Shown piece by piece: positions 47,091 to 56,914 of a stretch of DNA of 64,000 bases. The DNA comes from an uncultured Marvinbryantia sp. (lineage in GTDB: Bacteria; Bacillota; Clostridia; Lachnospirales; Lachnospiraceae). The notes beneath the pieces were generated by a model, which ran no database searches, was not told where the DNA came from, and saw only the letters and a program-made list of their open reading frames with translations. Positions within the stretch are counted from its first letter, which is position 1, and every line of letters starts with the position of its first letter. The translations under genes and the position numbers were made by a program. The stretch lies in contig CALDMO010000012.1 in NCBI GenBank assembly GCA_937915375.1, forward strand, positions 3,915 through 67,914. Reading direction: 5' to 3'.

Positions 47091-50000
47091 ATGCTTGTAC
47101 CACGTTATTATGAAAACTTAAAAATATTGCATGAAAACACTATGCGGAATCGTGCTTATTACATTCCGGCGTCGAAAAGAATCGATGATGCGGCGGTGGA
47201 CCGCACACAATCCGACCGCTTTCAATTATTGAGCGGAGAGTGGAAATTCCGCTATTACGACAGCATCTATGATGCGCAGGATCCGTTTTTTGAGGAAAAT
47301 TTCCATACAGAGGATTTTGAGAAGGTAACAGTACCGGGGGTATGGCAGAATTACGGTTATGACCGTCATCAGTATACAAATGTGCGTTATCCGTTTCCGA
47401 TGGATCCGCCGTATGTACCGCAGGAAAATCCTTGCGGCGCTTATTTGAAAGAGTTTTGTTATGAAAAAGACGCGCGGGCACCGCGTGTATATCTGAATTT
47501 TGAGGGGGTAGATTCGTGCTTTTATGTGTGGCTGAACGGAAGCTATGTCGGTTACAGTCAAGTGAGCCATTCTACCAGTGAGTTTGATGTGACAGATTTT
47601 GTGCGCGAAGGGAAAAATAAATTGGCGGTGCTGGTGCTTAAATGGTGTGATGGAAGTTATCTGGAGGATCAGGATAAATTCCGTATGAGCGGTATTTTCC
47701 GTGATGTCTATTTGCTGAAACGTCCGCAAAACTGTTTGTTTGACTATTTTGTACATACACGGATCGAAGAAGATTCTGCCAAAATAGAAGTTGATCTGGA
47801 TTATCTGGGCACGGCTGTTCCGACAAAGATTTGCATTTTTGATCAGGAAGGTCATCTGGCGGCAGAATGTACGGAAGTGGTTCAGGCAAAGAAAAAAGAG
47901 GTTTCTGATGCCAATGATATGCGGTATGGCAAAGCGGTTTTAAAAATCGCGGATCCGGTTCTTTGGAATGCGGAGCAGCCGTATCTTTATACGGTCGTTC
48001 TGGACTGCGGTGATGAAGTGATTACAGATACGCTCGGCGTGCGTGAAATTTGCATTAAAAATCAGGTGGTATATATCAATGGGCAGAATGTGAAGTTCCG
48101 CGGCGTCAATCGGCACGACAGCGATCCGGTGACTGGATTTGCCATCAGCAGGGAGCAGATGGAGACGGATCTGCGGCTTATGAAGCGGCATAATGTCAAT
48201 GCGATCCGTACCAGTCATTATCCGAACGCGCCGATTTTTTATCACCTCTGTGATAGATATGGATTTTATTTGATTGATGAGGCGGATAATGAGAGTCATG
48301 GAACAGAATCTATCTATGCGAAGGAAGAAACATGGGAGGAACGCGCGAAAAGATGGAATATCGCGATTGCCGATAATCCGGAATTTACACAAGCAACAGT
48401 GGACCGTACACAGCGTTGTGTACACCGTGATAAAAACAGACCGAGTGTTGTGATTTGGTCGATGGGAAATGAATGCGCGTACGGATGTACATTTGAGGAA
48501 GCGTTAAGGTGGACGAAAGAATTTGATCCGGACAGACTGACGCATTATGAGAGTGCGCGTTATACCAGCGATAAGCGGAAATATGATTTTTCCAACATTG
48601 ATCTGCATAGCCGTATGTATCCGTCGATGGAAGAGGTAGAGGTGTATTTTGCTTCTAATCCTGACAAACCATATGTAATGTGTGAGTACAGTCACGCAAT
48701 GGGCAATGGTCCGGGCGATTTTGAAGCGTATTTTAAACTGATTGAAAAATATGACGGTTTCTGCGGCGGTTTTGTCTGGGAATGGTGCGACCATGCGATT
48801 GATATGGTCAAAACAACAGAAGGAAAAAAGATTTATTATTATGGCGGAGATCATCAGGAATATCCGCATGACGGAAATTTTTGTATGGACGGACTGGTAT
48901 ATCCGGATCGACGCGTACATACGGGACTTCTGGAATTTAAAAATGTACAGCGTCCGCTGCGGGCATTTTATGATGCGCAGGCAAAGAAGCTGACCTTGCA
49001 TAATTATCTGGATTTCACTGACGCAGCAGATTATTTGACCATTACATATGAAGTGACCTGTGACGGAGAAACGGTTGATTCCGACAGTATGGAAACACCG
49101 TCTATTTTGCCGCATCGGGAGATAACGGTGGATCTGGATGTGACGGTTCCGGCAGCAGGATGCTGTTATCTAAAGATAAACTATTATCTCAAGCAGAAAG
49201 AGGCGCTGCGAGAGGCGGGTGCTCTGTTGGGCTTTGATGAGATTCGGCTGGAAAATGCGGACGGCAGAAATCAGAAGATGCTGAGTATAGTAGGAAATGG
49301 CGTCTGCAGCGCGGCAGTGACAGAAACCGCTGTTTTTGCGGACGGTGCGCTTGAGATAATGCAGGAAAAAGTACCTGCCAGTTTGCTGGCATGTACCGAA
49401 GACGACCGCTATCTATATATCAAACATCCACAGTTTACCTATACATTTAATAAACTGACTGGTTTATTTGAAAAAATGATTTATAAAAATCGGCAGATTC
49501 TTGACGCGCCGATGGAGCTGAATATCTGGCGCGCACCGACCGATAACGATCGGAATCTGAAACAGGAATGGCTGCGCGCACAGTATGACCGTACTGTCAC
49601 AAGGGCATATGAAACTTCGGCAGAACAGACGGAAGACGGCGTGGCGATCCGCAGCGCAATGTCGGTTTCTTCTCCGGCTATGCAGAGAATGCTGGATGTC
49701 TGCGCAGTATGGACGATCACGGCAGAGGGCAAAGTACATGCGGCTTTGGATGTAAAACGCAATATGGCGTTTCCGGAACTGCCGCGTTTTGGACTGCGTT
49801 TGTTCCTTCCGAAGGAGATGACAGAAGTTATCTACTTTGGCATGGGACCGATGGAAAGTTATGTGGATAAACATCATGCGGCGTGCCATGGTGTGTTTAC
49901 AACTAATGTGAAAGCCCTGCATGAGGATTATATCCGACCGCAGGAAAACGGCAGCCATTTTGACTGCAGTTATGTGACTGTGAGCGGCGGGCAGACAGGA

Positions 50001-50237
50001 CTTGCGGCAGCAGGACTGGCACCGTTTAGTTTTAATGCTTCCCGCTATACACAGGAAGAACTGACGGCAAAAGCGCACAATTTTGAACTGGAAGCATGCA
50101 GTTCTGTCGTGCTTTGTCTGGATTACCGCATGAATGGAATTGGTTCAAACAGCTGTGGTCCGCGCTTGATGAAAAAGTATCGTTTTGATGAGGAAATGTT
50201 TACATTTGCAATCACGTTGGAGCCGTTTGCAAGATAA
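47091..50237 (+). CDS. lacZ: Beta-galactosidase, GH2 (LacZ-type)
   Basis: YTNVRYPF, EDQDKFRMSGIFRDV, GVNRHD, WSMGNE, CEYSHAMGN; ggagg RBS before 47091. Confidence 0.93.
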   Translation: MLVPRYYENLKILHENTMRNRAYYIPASKRIDDAAVDRTQSDRFQLLSGEWKFRYYDSIYDAQDPFFEENFHTEDFEKVTVPGVWQNYGYDRHQYTNVRYPFPMDPPYVPQENPCGAYLKEFCYEKDARAPRVYLNFEGVDSCFYVWLNGSYVGYSQVSHSTSEFDVTDFVREGKNKLAVLVLKWCDGSYLEDQDKFRMSGIFRDVYLLKRPQNCLFDYFVHTRIEEDSAKIEVDLDYLGTAVPTKICIFDQEGHLAAECTEVVQAKKKEVSDANDMRYGKAVLKIADPVLWNAEQPYLYTVVLDCGDEVITDTLGVREICIKNQVVYINGQNVKFRGVNRHDSDPVTGFAISREQMETDLRLMKRHNVNAIRTSHYPNAPIFYHLCDRYGFYLIDEADNESHGTESIYAKEETWEERAKRWNIAIADNPEFTQATVDRTQRCVHRDKNRPSVVIWSMGNECAYGCTFEEALRWTKEFDPDRLTHYESARYTSDKRKYDFSNIDLHSRMYPSMEEVEVYFASNPDKPYVMCEYSHAMGNGPGDFEAYFKLIEKYDGFCGGFVWEWCDHAIDMVKTTEGKKIYYYGGDHQEYPHDGNFCMDGLVYPDRRVHTGLLEFKNVQRPLRAFYDAQAKKLTLHNYLDFTDAADYLTITYEVTCDGETVDSDSMETPSILPHREITVDLDVTVPAAGCCYLKINYYLKQKEALREAGALLGFDEIRLENADGRNQKMLSIVGNGVCSAAVTETAVFADGALEIMQEKVPASLLACTEDDRYLYIKHPQFTYTFNKLTGLFEKMIYKNRQILDAPMELNIWRAPTDNDRNLKQEWLRAQYDRTVTRAYETSAEQTEDGVAIRSAMSVSSPAMQRMLDVCAVWTITAEGKVHAALDVKRNMAFPELPRFGLRLFLPKEMTEVIYFGMGPMESYVDKHHAACHGVFTTNVKALHEDYIRPQENGSHFDCSYVTVSGGQTGLAAAGLAPFSFNASRYTQEELTAKAHNFELEACSSVVLCLDYRMNGIGSNSCGPRLMKKYRFDEEMFTFAITLEPFAR

Positions 50238-50249
50238 ATCAGAAGAAAT

Positions 50250-50294
50250 AATGCCGGGAAATACAGTGTATGCTGCTTTCCCGGCATTGTATTT
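50250..50294 (+). terminator. Terminator after lacZ
   Basis: aatgccgggaaa...tttcccggcatt. Confidence 0.65.
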
Positions 50295-50376
50295 TCCGGT
50301 GGCTTTTCAGAGATGAAAATGATATAATTAATTTAATGGACAAACAATAATTACAGAATTTCCGGAGGAAACAATA

Positions 50377-51174
50377 TTGATTAAATTAATTGCTTCAGAT
50401 TTGGACGGCACGCTTTTGCCGGAGGCAACTACAGACCTGAACCCTGAGTTGTTTACCGTGATCAGAGAATTGAAAAAACGTGGGATTACCTTTGCGGCAG
50501 CGACCGGGCGCCAGTATCTGAGCGCAAAGAGCCTGCTTGCTCCGGTGGAAGACGATATCCTGATCCTGGCAGACAATGGCTCCTGCATTATGGAAAAAGG
50601 CCAGGCGCTGCAGTGCCTGACATTTGACAAACAGACATTTGCCGAGCTTGTTCGCTATGTACGTACGCTGGATCATGTTTGTGTTTTGGTATCTTCTTTG
50701 ACGGCTGCATATACGGACAGCAAGAATGAATGGTTTTGCAAAGAACTGCTCGGCGGTTATCAGGTGAAGCTGCAGATGGTTGACGACGTTCTGGAAGTGG
50801 GGGATTCGATGATTAAGGTCGCTGCTTATTTTCTGAAGGATGACGCGGCAAAAATGGCAGCTCCGTGTGCGGAGCGGTTTTCCGATCGGGCACATATTAT
50901 GGCATCAGGGGCGCACTGGGTAGATTTTATGGCGAAAGATGTGGATAAGGGCGCCGCGTTGAAAAAGGTACAGCAGATGCTGCATGTGACGAAAGAAGAA
51001 ACAATGGCGTTCGGAGATAATCAAAACGATATCGGTATGCTGCTTGAAGCAGGGGAAAGCTATGCGGTGGCGACAGCCAGAGACGAGGTAAAGTCCGTTG
51101 CTAAATATGTATTGCCGGATGAAGAAGACAGTGTGTTGAACGTTTTGCGGAGATTGTGTGAAAGTGAGAACTAA
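50377..51174 (+). CDS. Cof-type HAD hydrolase
   Basis: SDLDGTLL, ATGR, DKG, FGDNQND. Confidence 0.9.
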   Translation: MIKLIASDLDGTLLPEATTDLNPELFTVIRELKKRGITFAAATGRQYLSAKSLLAPVEDDILILADNGSCIMEKGQALQCLTFDKQTFAELVRYVRTLDHVCVLVSSLTAAYTDSKNEWFCKELLGGYQVKLQMVDDVLEVGDSMIKVAAYFLKDDAAKMAAPCAERFSDRAHIMASGAHWVDFMAKDVDKGAALKKVQQMLHVTKEETMAFGDNQNDIGMLLEAGESYAVATARDEVKSVAKYVLPDEEDSVLNVLRRLCESEN

Positions 51175-51208
51175 ACATATAAAAAATAAATATTAGGAGG
51201 AAAGAGAA

Positions 51209-52408
51209 ATGAAGTACGATTTTACAACTGTCATGAATCGTGAGGGAAAGGACGCAATTGCGGTAGACGCAATCCCTTATGAGAACATTGAGACTAAGGA
51301 TGGATTTTCCAAATTGCCAATGTGGGTGGCGGATATGAATTTTGCCACGGTGCCGACGGTTGCGGAAGAAATTATTGAACGAACAAAACACATGTTGTAC
51401 GGTTATTTTAATCCGCGTGAGGAATACTATAATGCGATCATCCGCTGGCAGAAAGAACATAACGGCGCGGAAGAACTGACAAAGGAGCACATCGGATATG
51501 AAAACGGCGTACTTGGCGGCGTTGTCAGCGCGTTAAATGTATTTTGCTCAAAAGGTGATAAGGTGCTTCTGCATTCTCCGACATATATTGGATTTACCGG
51601 TGCAATCGGAAATAATGGTTACGACATGGTTTTGAGTCCGCTGAAACGTGATGAAGAGGGCGTATGGCGCATGGATTTTGAAGACATGGAAGCAAAACTG
51701 CGCGATCAGCATATTCATGCCGCTGTGTTCTGCTCTCCGCATAATCCGTGCGGTCGTGTATGGGAACGCTGGGAAATTGAAAAAGCAATGGAGCTCTATA
51801 AAAAGTATGATGTTTTTGTTATTTCTGATGAAATCTGGTCAGATCTGATTTTAAACGGAAATAAGCACATTCCGACACAGAGTATTTCGGAGGATGCAAA
51901 GATGCGTACGGTGGCGATGTATGCGCCGTCTAAAACCTTTAATCTGGCGGGATTGGTCGGAAGCTATCATATTGTATATAATAAATGGATTCGGGAGCGT
52001 ATGGAGAAAGAATCTTCCTTGTGCCATTATAATTCTATGAATGTGCTTTCTATGTATGCATTAATAGGCGCTTACAGTGAAGAAGGAAAGCAGTGGGCAT
52101 CCGAACTGTGCGAAGTATTGTCAGAAAATGTGAATTATGCATATGATTATATTCAGACGCATTTCGAAGGTGTATCGCTGGCAAAACCGCAGGGCACGTA
52201 TATGCTGTTTCTTGACTGTGAAGAATGGTGTAAAAAGAATCAGAAAACGATGGATGAACTGCTGAAAGCAGGTGTGGAAGTCGGTGTGATCTGGCAGGAC
52301 GGCAGACCGTTCCATGGACTGTACAGTATTCGTATGAATCTGGCGCTGCCGAAAGCTTTGTTAGAAGAGGCAATGGCGCGTCTGGATCAGTATGTTTTTA
52401 ATGCCTGA
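51209..52408 (+). CDS. MalY/PatB-family PLP-dependent C-S lyase/aminotransferase
   Basis: PMWVADMNF, CSPHNPCG, SDEIWSD, PSKTFNLAG. Confidence 0.9.
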   Translation: MKYDFTTVMNREGKDAIAVDAIPYENIETKDGFSKLPMWVADMNFATVPTVAEEIIERTKHMLYGYFNPREEYYNAIIRWQKEHNGAEELTKEHIGYENGVLGGVVSALNVFCSKGDKVLLHSPTYIGFTGAIGNNGYDMVLSPLKRDEEGVWRMDFEDMEAKLRDQHIHAAVFCSPHNPCGRVWERWEIEKAMELYKKYDVFVISDEIWSDLILNGNKHIPTQSISEDAKMRTVAMYAPSKTFNLAGLVGSYHIVYNKWIRERMEKESSLCHYNSMNVLSMYALIGAYSEEGKQWASELCEVLSENVNYAYDYIQTHFEGVSLAKPQGTYMLFLDCEEWCKKNQKTMDELLKAGVEVGVIWQDGRPFHGLYSIRMNLALPKALLEEAMARLDQYVFNA

Positions 52409-52509
52409 TGAAATGCGGCTGTAAAACTGGAAACGGCGTGTTTTGAAGTGTTTTGCTATGCGGGTGAAAATGGATAAATAGTAACCGTGAAGAAAGAGGG
52501 GACAGATAT

Positions 52510-53700
52510 ATGGATAATCTTTCAGGATATTTACGGTGGCGCGGCGATTTGTCGTTTGTGCAGTCGCCTTTTAATGAAGTGGATGGCCTGGTATTCTGTT
52601 ATCTGGCCTATGTAAATCTGGACGGAATTGCGCCGGAGAACCCGGAGGAATCCATTACAGTGAAAGAAGCGGCAGAACAGTTTTTTACCTTGAGGACTCA
52701 GGCAGAACTGGATGCAGATCGATCTTTGATTCGAAACGCGCCATATCTGATGAAAGAAATGGCGAAGACCAGACGCTTTGCGCAGGCTCTGATCAAAAAT
52801 TATACAAATAAGATTAGCGATATAAAGGAACTGCAGTTTTCCGCAATGGAAATTCTTCCGGGAGACGGTTCTTCTTATGTCGCCTACCGCGGTACGGATG
52901 ATACAATCGTAGGATGGAAAGAGGATTTTAATTTAAGTACCGGCACGATTCCGGCGGAAAAAGAAGCCGCCGGCTATCTGAATCGTATAGCGGCATACAG
53001 CGACCGGCCGCTTCGGGTGGGCGGTCACTCCAAAGGCGGAAATTTGGCGGTTTTCGGGGCGAGTGAATGTGAACTTTCCGTGCAGAAACGGATTCGAAGG
53101 GTCTATAATTATGACGGTCCCGGTTTTAACGCGGAGTTTTTTGAGCGTCCGGGTATTCACCGGATACAGTCGAAGATCCGGCGGTTTATTCCGGAGTTTT
53201 CCATATTTGGGATGCTGTTGGAGGATACCACAGAACCGACGGTCATAAAGAGCAGTCAGAAGGGAATTATGCAGCATGACGGACTTTCCTGGCAGATTGA
53301 AGGCCCTGTATTTGTGCGCGGAAAGGGGCTGGACGCGGCGGCGCAGATTTTCAGTGATTCAATGGAAACGTGGCTTGCGCAGAGTGATGATGAACAGAAA
53401 AATCTGTTTATTGACGATTTGTTTTCCGTTATGGAAGCTCCGGGGTTTGAAACCCTGTCTGAACTGCAGGCGGGAGGGTTGTATAGCATCCGTAAGATGT
53501 GGCAGCGGCTCGATAAGTTGAATCCGCATACCAGAGAAAAGGTGGATGAGCTGATTCGCATTATGATGGGACACTGGGGAGAGTTTTTGCAAATGCGGCT
53601 GCCGGTAATGCCGGACGCGAAAAAGCTGCAGAAGCTCAGCAGTGTGATGGAGCATAAAAAGTTTAGTGAGAAGAGAAAGAAAAACCCGGATTTCAGGTGA
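52510..53700 (+). CDS. DUF2974 / Mbeg1-like alpha/beta hydrolase
   Basis: WRGDLSF, RGTDDTIVGWKED, GHSKGG, DGPGF. Confidence 0.88.
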   Translation: MDNLSGYLRWRGDLSFVQSPFNEVDGLVFCYLAYVNLDGIAPENPEESITVKEAAEQFFTLRTQAELDADRSLIRNAPYLMKEMAKTRRFAQALIKNYTNKISDIKELQFSAMEILPGDGSSYVAYRGTDDTIVGWKEDFNLSTGTIPAEKEAAGYLNRIAAYSDRPLRVGGHSKGGNLAVFGASECELSVQKRIRRVYNYDGPGFNAEFFERPGIHRIQSKIRRFIPEFSIFGMLLEDTTEPTVIKSSQKGIMQHDGLSWQIEGPVFVRGKGLDAAAQIFSDSMETWLAQSDDEQKNLFIDDLFSVMEAPGFETLSELQAGGLYSIRKMWQRLDKLNPHTREKVDELIRIMMGHWGEFLQMRLPVMPDAKKLQKLSSVMEHKKFSEKRKKNPDFR

Positions 53701-53726
53701 AAGTGAAATCCGGGTTTTTCTCTTTG
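53672..53726. terminator. Bidirectional terminator
   Basis: gaaaaacccggatttca...tgaaatccgggtttttc. Confidence 0.75.
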
Positions 53727-53727
53727 C

Positions 53728-54372
53728 TTAATCCTCTAAAAAGGAAAGATGCGGAATGTCTTTTTCTCCACGGACAGGCTGCTCGTCGAAACGGCGGTCT
53801 TTGAAATAATATTCTTGATCGTGTTCATTGATCTCGCGGTAAACGCGGCAGGGACTGCCGAAAGCAACTACGTTAGCCGGAATATCCTTGGTGACAACGC
53901 TGCCTGCGCCGATAACAGAATTTTCACCGATTGTAACACCCGGCATAACAATCGTATTTGCACCGAGCCAGACGTTATTGCCGATGGTAATCGGGAAAGA
54001 ATACATACCATCCCCGCGATGTTCAGGTGCGATCGGATGTCCGGTCGTACAGAGCGTTACGTTCGGCCCGAACAGACAGTGTTCCCCGATGGTGATTTTC
54101 CAGTCATCGATAAAGGTGGTACCGGCATTCATGTAAGTGCCTTTGCCGATAGAGATATACTTTCCGACAGCCAGTTTAATTGGCGGAACGATCCAGACAT
54201 GTTCGTCGCATTCACCGAGAAGCTCTTTGTTCAGAGCCATGCGTTCTTCCATGGCTTCCGGCGGCAGCGCGTTGAATTTTTCTACAAGTGTTTTGGCGCG
54301 GGCCTGCAGCGCCATGTTTTCTTCGTCATCCAGCCAGATATATCCGGCTTTCATTCTTTCCTGTTCTGTCAT
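53728..54372 (-). CDS. Sugar O-acetyltransferase (Maa/LacA family)
   Basis: Hexapeptide repeats: IGNNVWLG, PGVTIGENSVIGAGSVVTKDIP. Confidence 0.92.
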   Translation of the reverse strand: MTEQERMKAGYIWLDDEENMALQARAKTLVEKFNALPPEAMEERMALNKELLGECDEHVWIVPPIKLAVGKYISIGKGTYMNAGTTFIDDWKITIGEHCLFGPNVTLCTTGHPIAPEHRGDGMYSFPITIGNNVWLGANTIVMPGVTIGENSVIGAGSVVTKDIPANVVAFGSPCRVYREINEHDQEYYFKDRRFDEQPVRGEKDIPHLSFLED

Positions 54373-54456
54373 AATGGTTCCTCCCGTACAATAATAGTTT
54401 TGTGTACACTATAGCATGTTTTAAAGGGCAGTCCAGCACCGGAGACATAGAAATGG

Positions 54457-54485
54457 TTGACAGTGCGTCTCGTAAAAAATATAAT
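54457..54485 (+). promoter_or_regulatory. Perfect consensus sigma-A promoter with no convincing downstream CDS
   Basis: TTGACA 54457-54462, 17 bp, TATAAT 54480-54485. Confidence 0.65.
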
Positions 54486-54727
54486 AAAGATAAATAGACA
54501 GAATATTTCGAGATAAATAGATAAAATTTTGTGAATTTATGAGGAACTGGAATGTGTAAAGCTAAGGGAGAGATTTTATAAAGAGGCGGAACAGAGTAAT
54601 TTTTGGAATTCTTGTATATATTTACAAAAGATCAAGTCTATAAGAACAGTATATTAAAAGTATGCAGTGCGACAGAGAAAATAAAAATATGTTGGGTAGC
54701 GCAAAGTCATTTAGAGGAAGGAAGAAA

Positions 54728-54773
54728 ATCCCTCCCCGAAAAAGACAGATGATGTTTTTGCCCGGGGAGGGAT
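54728..54773. terminator. GC-rich hairpin ending the minus-strand chaperone operon
   Basis: atccctccccg...cggggagggat. Confidence 0.65.
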
Positions 54774-54793
54774 GTCTGAAACTTAATTATATT

Positions 54794-55198
54794 TTATACT
54801 GTCACATCAAAGTCTTTATGGCATTTCGGACAGTTTGTAGTATGTTTTCCTTTTACCTTTGGCAGACGGATCATTGTGCCGCAGTGCGGACATTTGCGGT
54901 AAACATGAGTTTTTCTGTCTGTCCAGCGGCGTTTCTGGATGCGCTGCCAACGCAGGAATGTGTCCTGGCGATCCAAATATCTGCGGTTCTCGTCCTGACG
55001 TTTGGTGAGGTTTTTGGACAGGCATCGGAACAGGAAAATGATAACCAGCAGCATTTCCAGCCAGTAAAAAAAGATATTCCGAGTGAAAATATTCAGTACC
55101 AACATAACCATATACAGGCCAAATGTGAACTGACCAAGCTCATCCATACCATTTCTGCCATAGAAAAAACGTTCCACGGCATCTCTAAATTTATTCAT
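54794..55198 (-). CDS. Small membrane protein with C-terminal zinc ribbon
   Basis: FFYGRNGMD, two TM segments, CPHC...CPKC. Confidence 0.85.
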   Translation of the reverse strand: MNKFRDAVERFFYGRNGMDELGQFTFGLYMVMLVLNIFTRNIFFYWLEMLLVIIFLFRCLSKNLTKRQDENRRYLDRQDTFLRWQRIQKRRWTDRKTHVYRKCPHCGTMIRLPKVKGKHTTNCPKCHKDFDVTV

Positions 55199-55215
55199 GA
55201 TAATTTCCTCCTTAT

Positions 55216-56079
55216 TCAGACACCCTTGCTGTCTTCAAAATCTTCAAAAAAACCATTGTAGCTTCCAGAAGAGTTATCATTGCTTCCGGAAGAACCGCCC
55301 TGATGATTGTCTGGGAATGTATAGTAGGTACGGTAACCGGTATAGGGATAGCCGTAGCCATAATTACGTGAACCACAGCAGCCTCCGCCGCCGCAGAACA
55401 TACACAGGATGTTGCAGAGCAGATAGTAAAAACAAATGCTGTGGTGTCCGCCGAATGGGCTGCCATAGCTCTGGCTTTGTTCGGTGTACACGCGTCCGCC
55501 AGACTGCATTTGTGAGAGCATCTGCTGATACTGGGTATTGTTCGGTTCTTTCTGTACTGCAATTTTAATATGCTGCAGTGCGATCACCTGGTTGCCCAGA
55601 TTATAATTTGCGATTGCGCTGTAGTAGTACCATTCTCCTGTTTTTTCGGAAATCGTGCTCAGTACGTGAAGCGCTTCTTCAAAACAGTTGTTGCGCAGAT
55701 AATGTCGGACAGGATCGAAAACGGATTTTTCCTGCCGCTGTGACTGCTGCTGCCAACCGCCGAACCAGTCATTGTAGCTTCCATAGCCGTTGTTTCCGTT
55801 ATTTGTATTTTGTCCGTAACTGCCGTAGGAACCGTATCCGTTTCCACTGTAGCTGTTCTGGCCGGAACCATAAGAACTGCCGGCACTGCTGTAGGAAGCC
55901 TTGCCGTTTTTAATCTGGTCGTAGGCAGCATTGATTTCACTCATCTTTTTTGCGGCATTTTCGTTGCCGGGATTCAGATCCGGATGATATTTCTTTGCGA
56001 GTTTGCGGTATGCTTTTGTGACTTCCTCTTCTGAGGCGCCGTTTGGTACACCAAGCACCTCATAGGGATTTTGTATCAT
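55216..56079 (-). CDS. J-domain protein with TPR-like helices and a Cys-rich hydrophobic tail
   Basis: NPYEVLG...KKYHPD; G/S/Y-rich linker; [21 protein letters not shown]. Confidence 0.9.
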   Translation of the reverse strand: MIQNPYEVLGVPNGASEEEVTKAYRKLAKKYHPDLNPGNENAAKKMSEINAAYDQIKNGKASYSSAGSSYGSGQNSYSGNGYGSYGSYGQNTNNGNNGYGSYNDWFGGWQQQSQRQEKSVFDPVRHYLRNNCFEEALHVLSTISEKTGEWYYYSAIANYNLGNQVIALQHIKIAVQKEPNNTQYQQMLSQMQSGGRVYTEQSQSYGSPFGGHHSICFYYLLCNILCMFCGGGGCCGSRNYGYGYPYTGYRTYYTFPDNHQGGSSGSNDNSSGSYNGFFEDFEDSKGV

Positions 56080-56891
56080 TGACTTTTTTCACCTCTTCTT
56101 TTAAAAAGTTCGTACTTCATCAGGATTCCTGAAAACAGGATATTTTCAATAATGGTACGGTCTTTTTTGATATTCAGTTCACGGTAGGATGCCACGACTT
56201 CCGACATCAGCATATGCAGGATATCGTCAAATTCACTTTGGCTGCATTGTACCATTGGATTGTAGTTTTGCTTTTTGAGATCTTTTTTTAAGTCTATGCA
56301 GGCATCCAACACATAAATGTACTTGCCAAGAGCATAACCGAAATTTCGCAGTTTGTCACTAAGAGAATCGGTAAATGGGACAAATATTTCGCCCATCAGT
56401 TCACCGAAGCATTTTGCCGGTACATCCGGAATTAATATATTATTTTTTTCAATCTGAGAAAGCTCATCCAGTTTTTCGCGGATTACGCGGCTCTGACGGG
56501 GATTTTTCTTTGCGGCTTTTCTGCATTCTTTTTCCAGAAGTTTTGCCTCTCCGAGAGATAACACACTTTTATCGTCGTTCCAATCATCAATTAGATTGTA
56601 GTATGACAGCATAATGTTCATGTCGGAGGAATAGTCAAGAATTTCACTTTTTACATATTCCTGTTTTTTGATGGGATGCAGAAGGCATTTATTCAGATCC
56701 ATCGTTTCCGGAGCGTCGTAGACAGCCGTTAGAAACAGCGCTAAAAACGTCATATCATAATTGAGTGTCATTTTGCTGATTGTTCCGTGCTGTTTGCCGA
56801 GTGCCCGGCAGAGGCCGCAGTAGTATGCCTGATAACGGTAGCGATCCTGCGGGGAAAGCTTTTCCAGGTTTGCCAGAATATAACCAAACAT
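56076..56891 (-). CDS. DUF5685-like protein
   Basis: MFGY...YYCGLCRAL...LNYDMTFL N-terminus; overlaps the J-domain gene start (ATGA). Confidence 0.8.
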   Translation of the reverse strand: MFGYILANLEKLSPQDRYRYQAYYCGLCRALGKQHGTISKMTLNYDMTFLALFLTAVYDAPETMDLNKCLLHPIKKQEYVKSEILDYSSDMNIMLSYYNLIDDWNDDKSVLSLGEAKLLEKECRKAAKKNPRQSRVIREKLDELSQIEKNNILIPDVPAKCFGELMGEIFVPFTDSLSDKLRNFGYALGKYIYVLDACIDLKKDLKKQNYNPMVQCSQSEFDDILHMLMSEVVASYRELNIKKDRTIIENILFSGILMKYELFKRRGEKSQ

Positions 56892-56914
56892 AGTTGGGTC
56901 TCCTTACATTTTCC

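Noticed and set aside
54662..55261. 199-aa plus-strand ORF downstream of the orphan promoter
   Set aside because: It has no RBS, runs through the terminator hairpin, and lies mostly antisense to a credible minus-strand gene.
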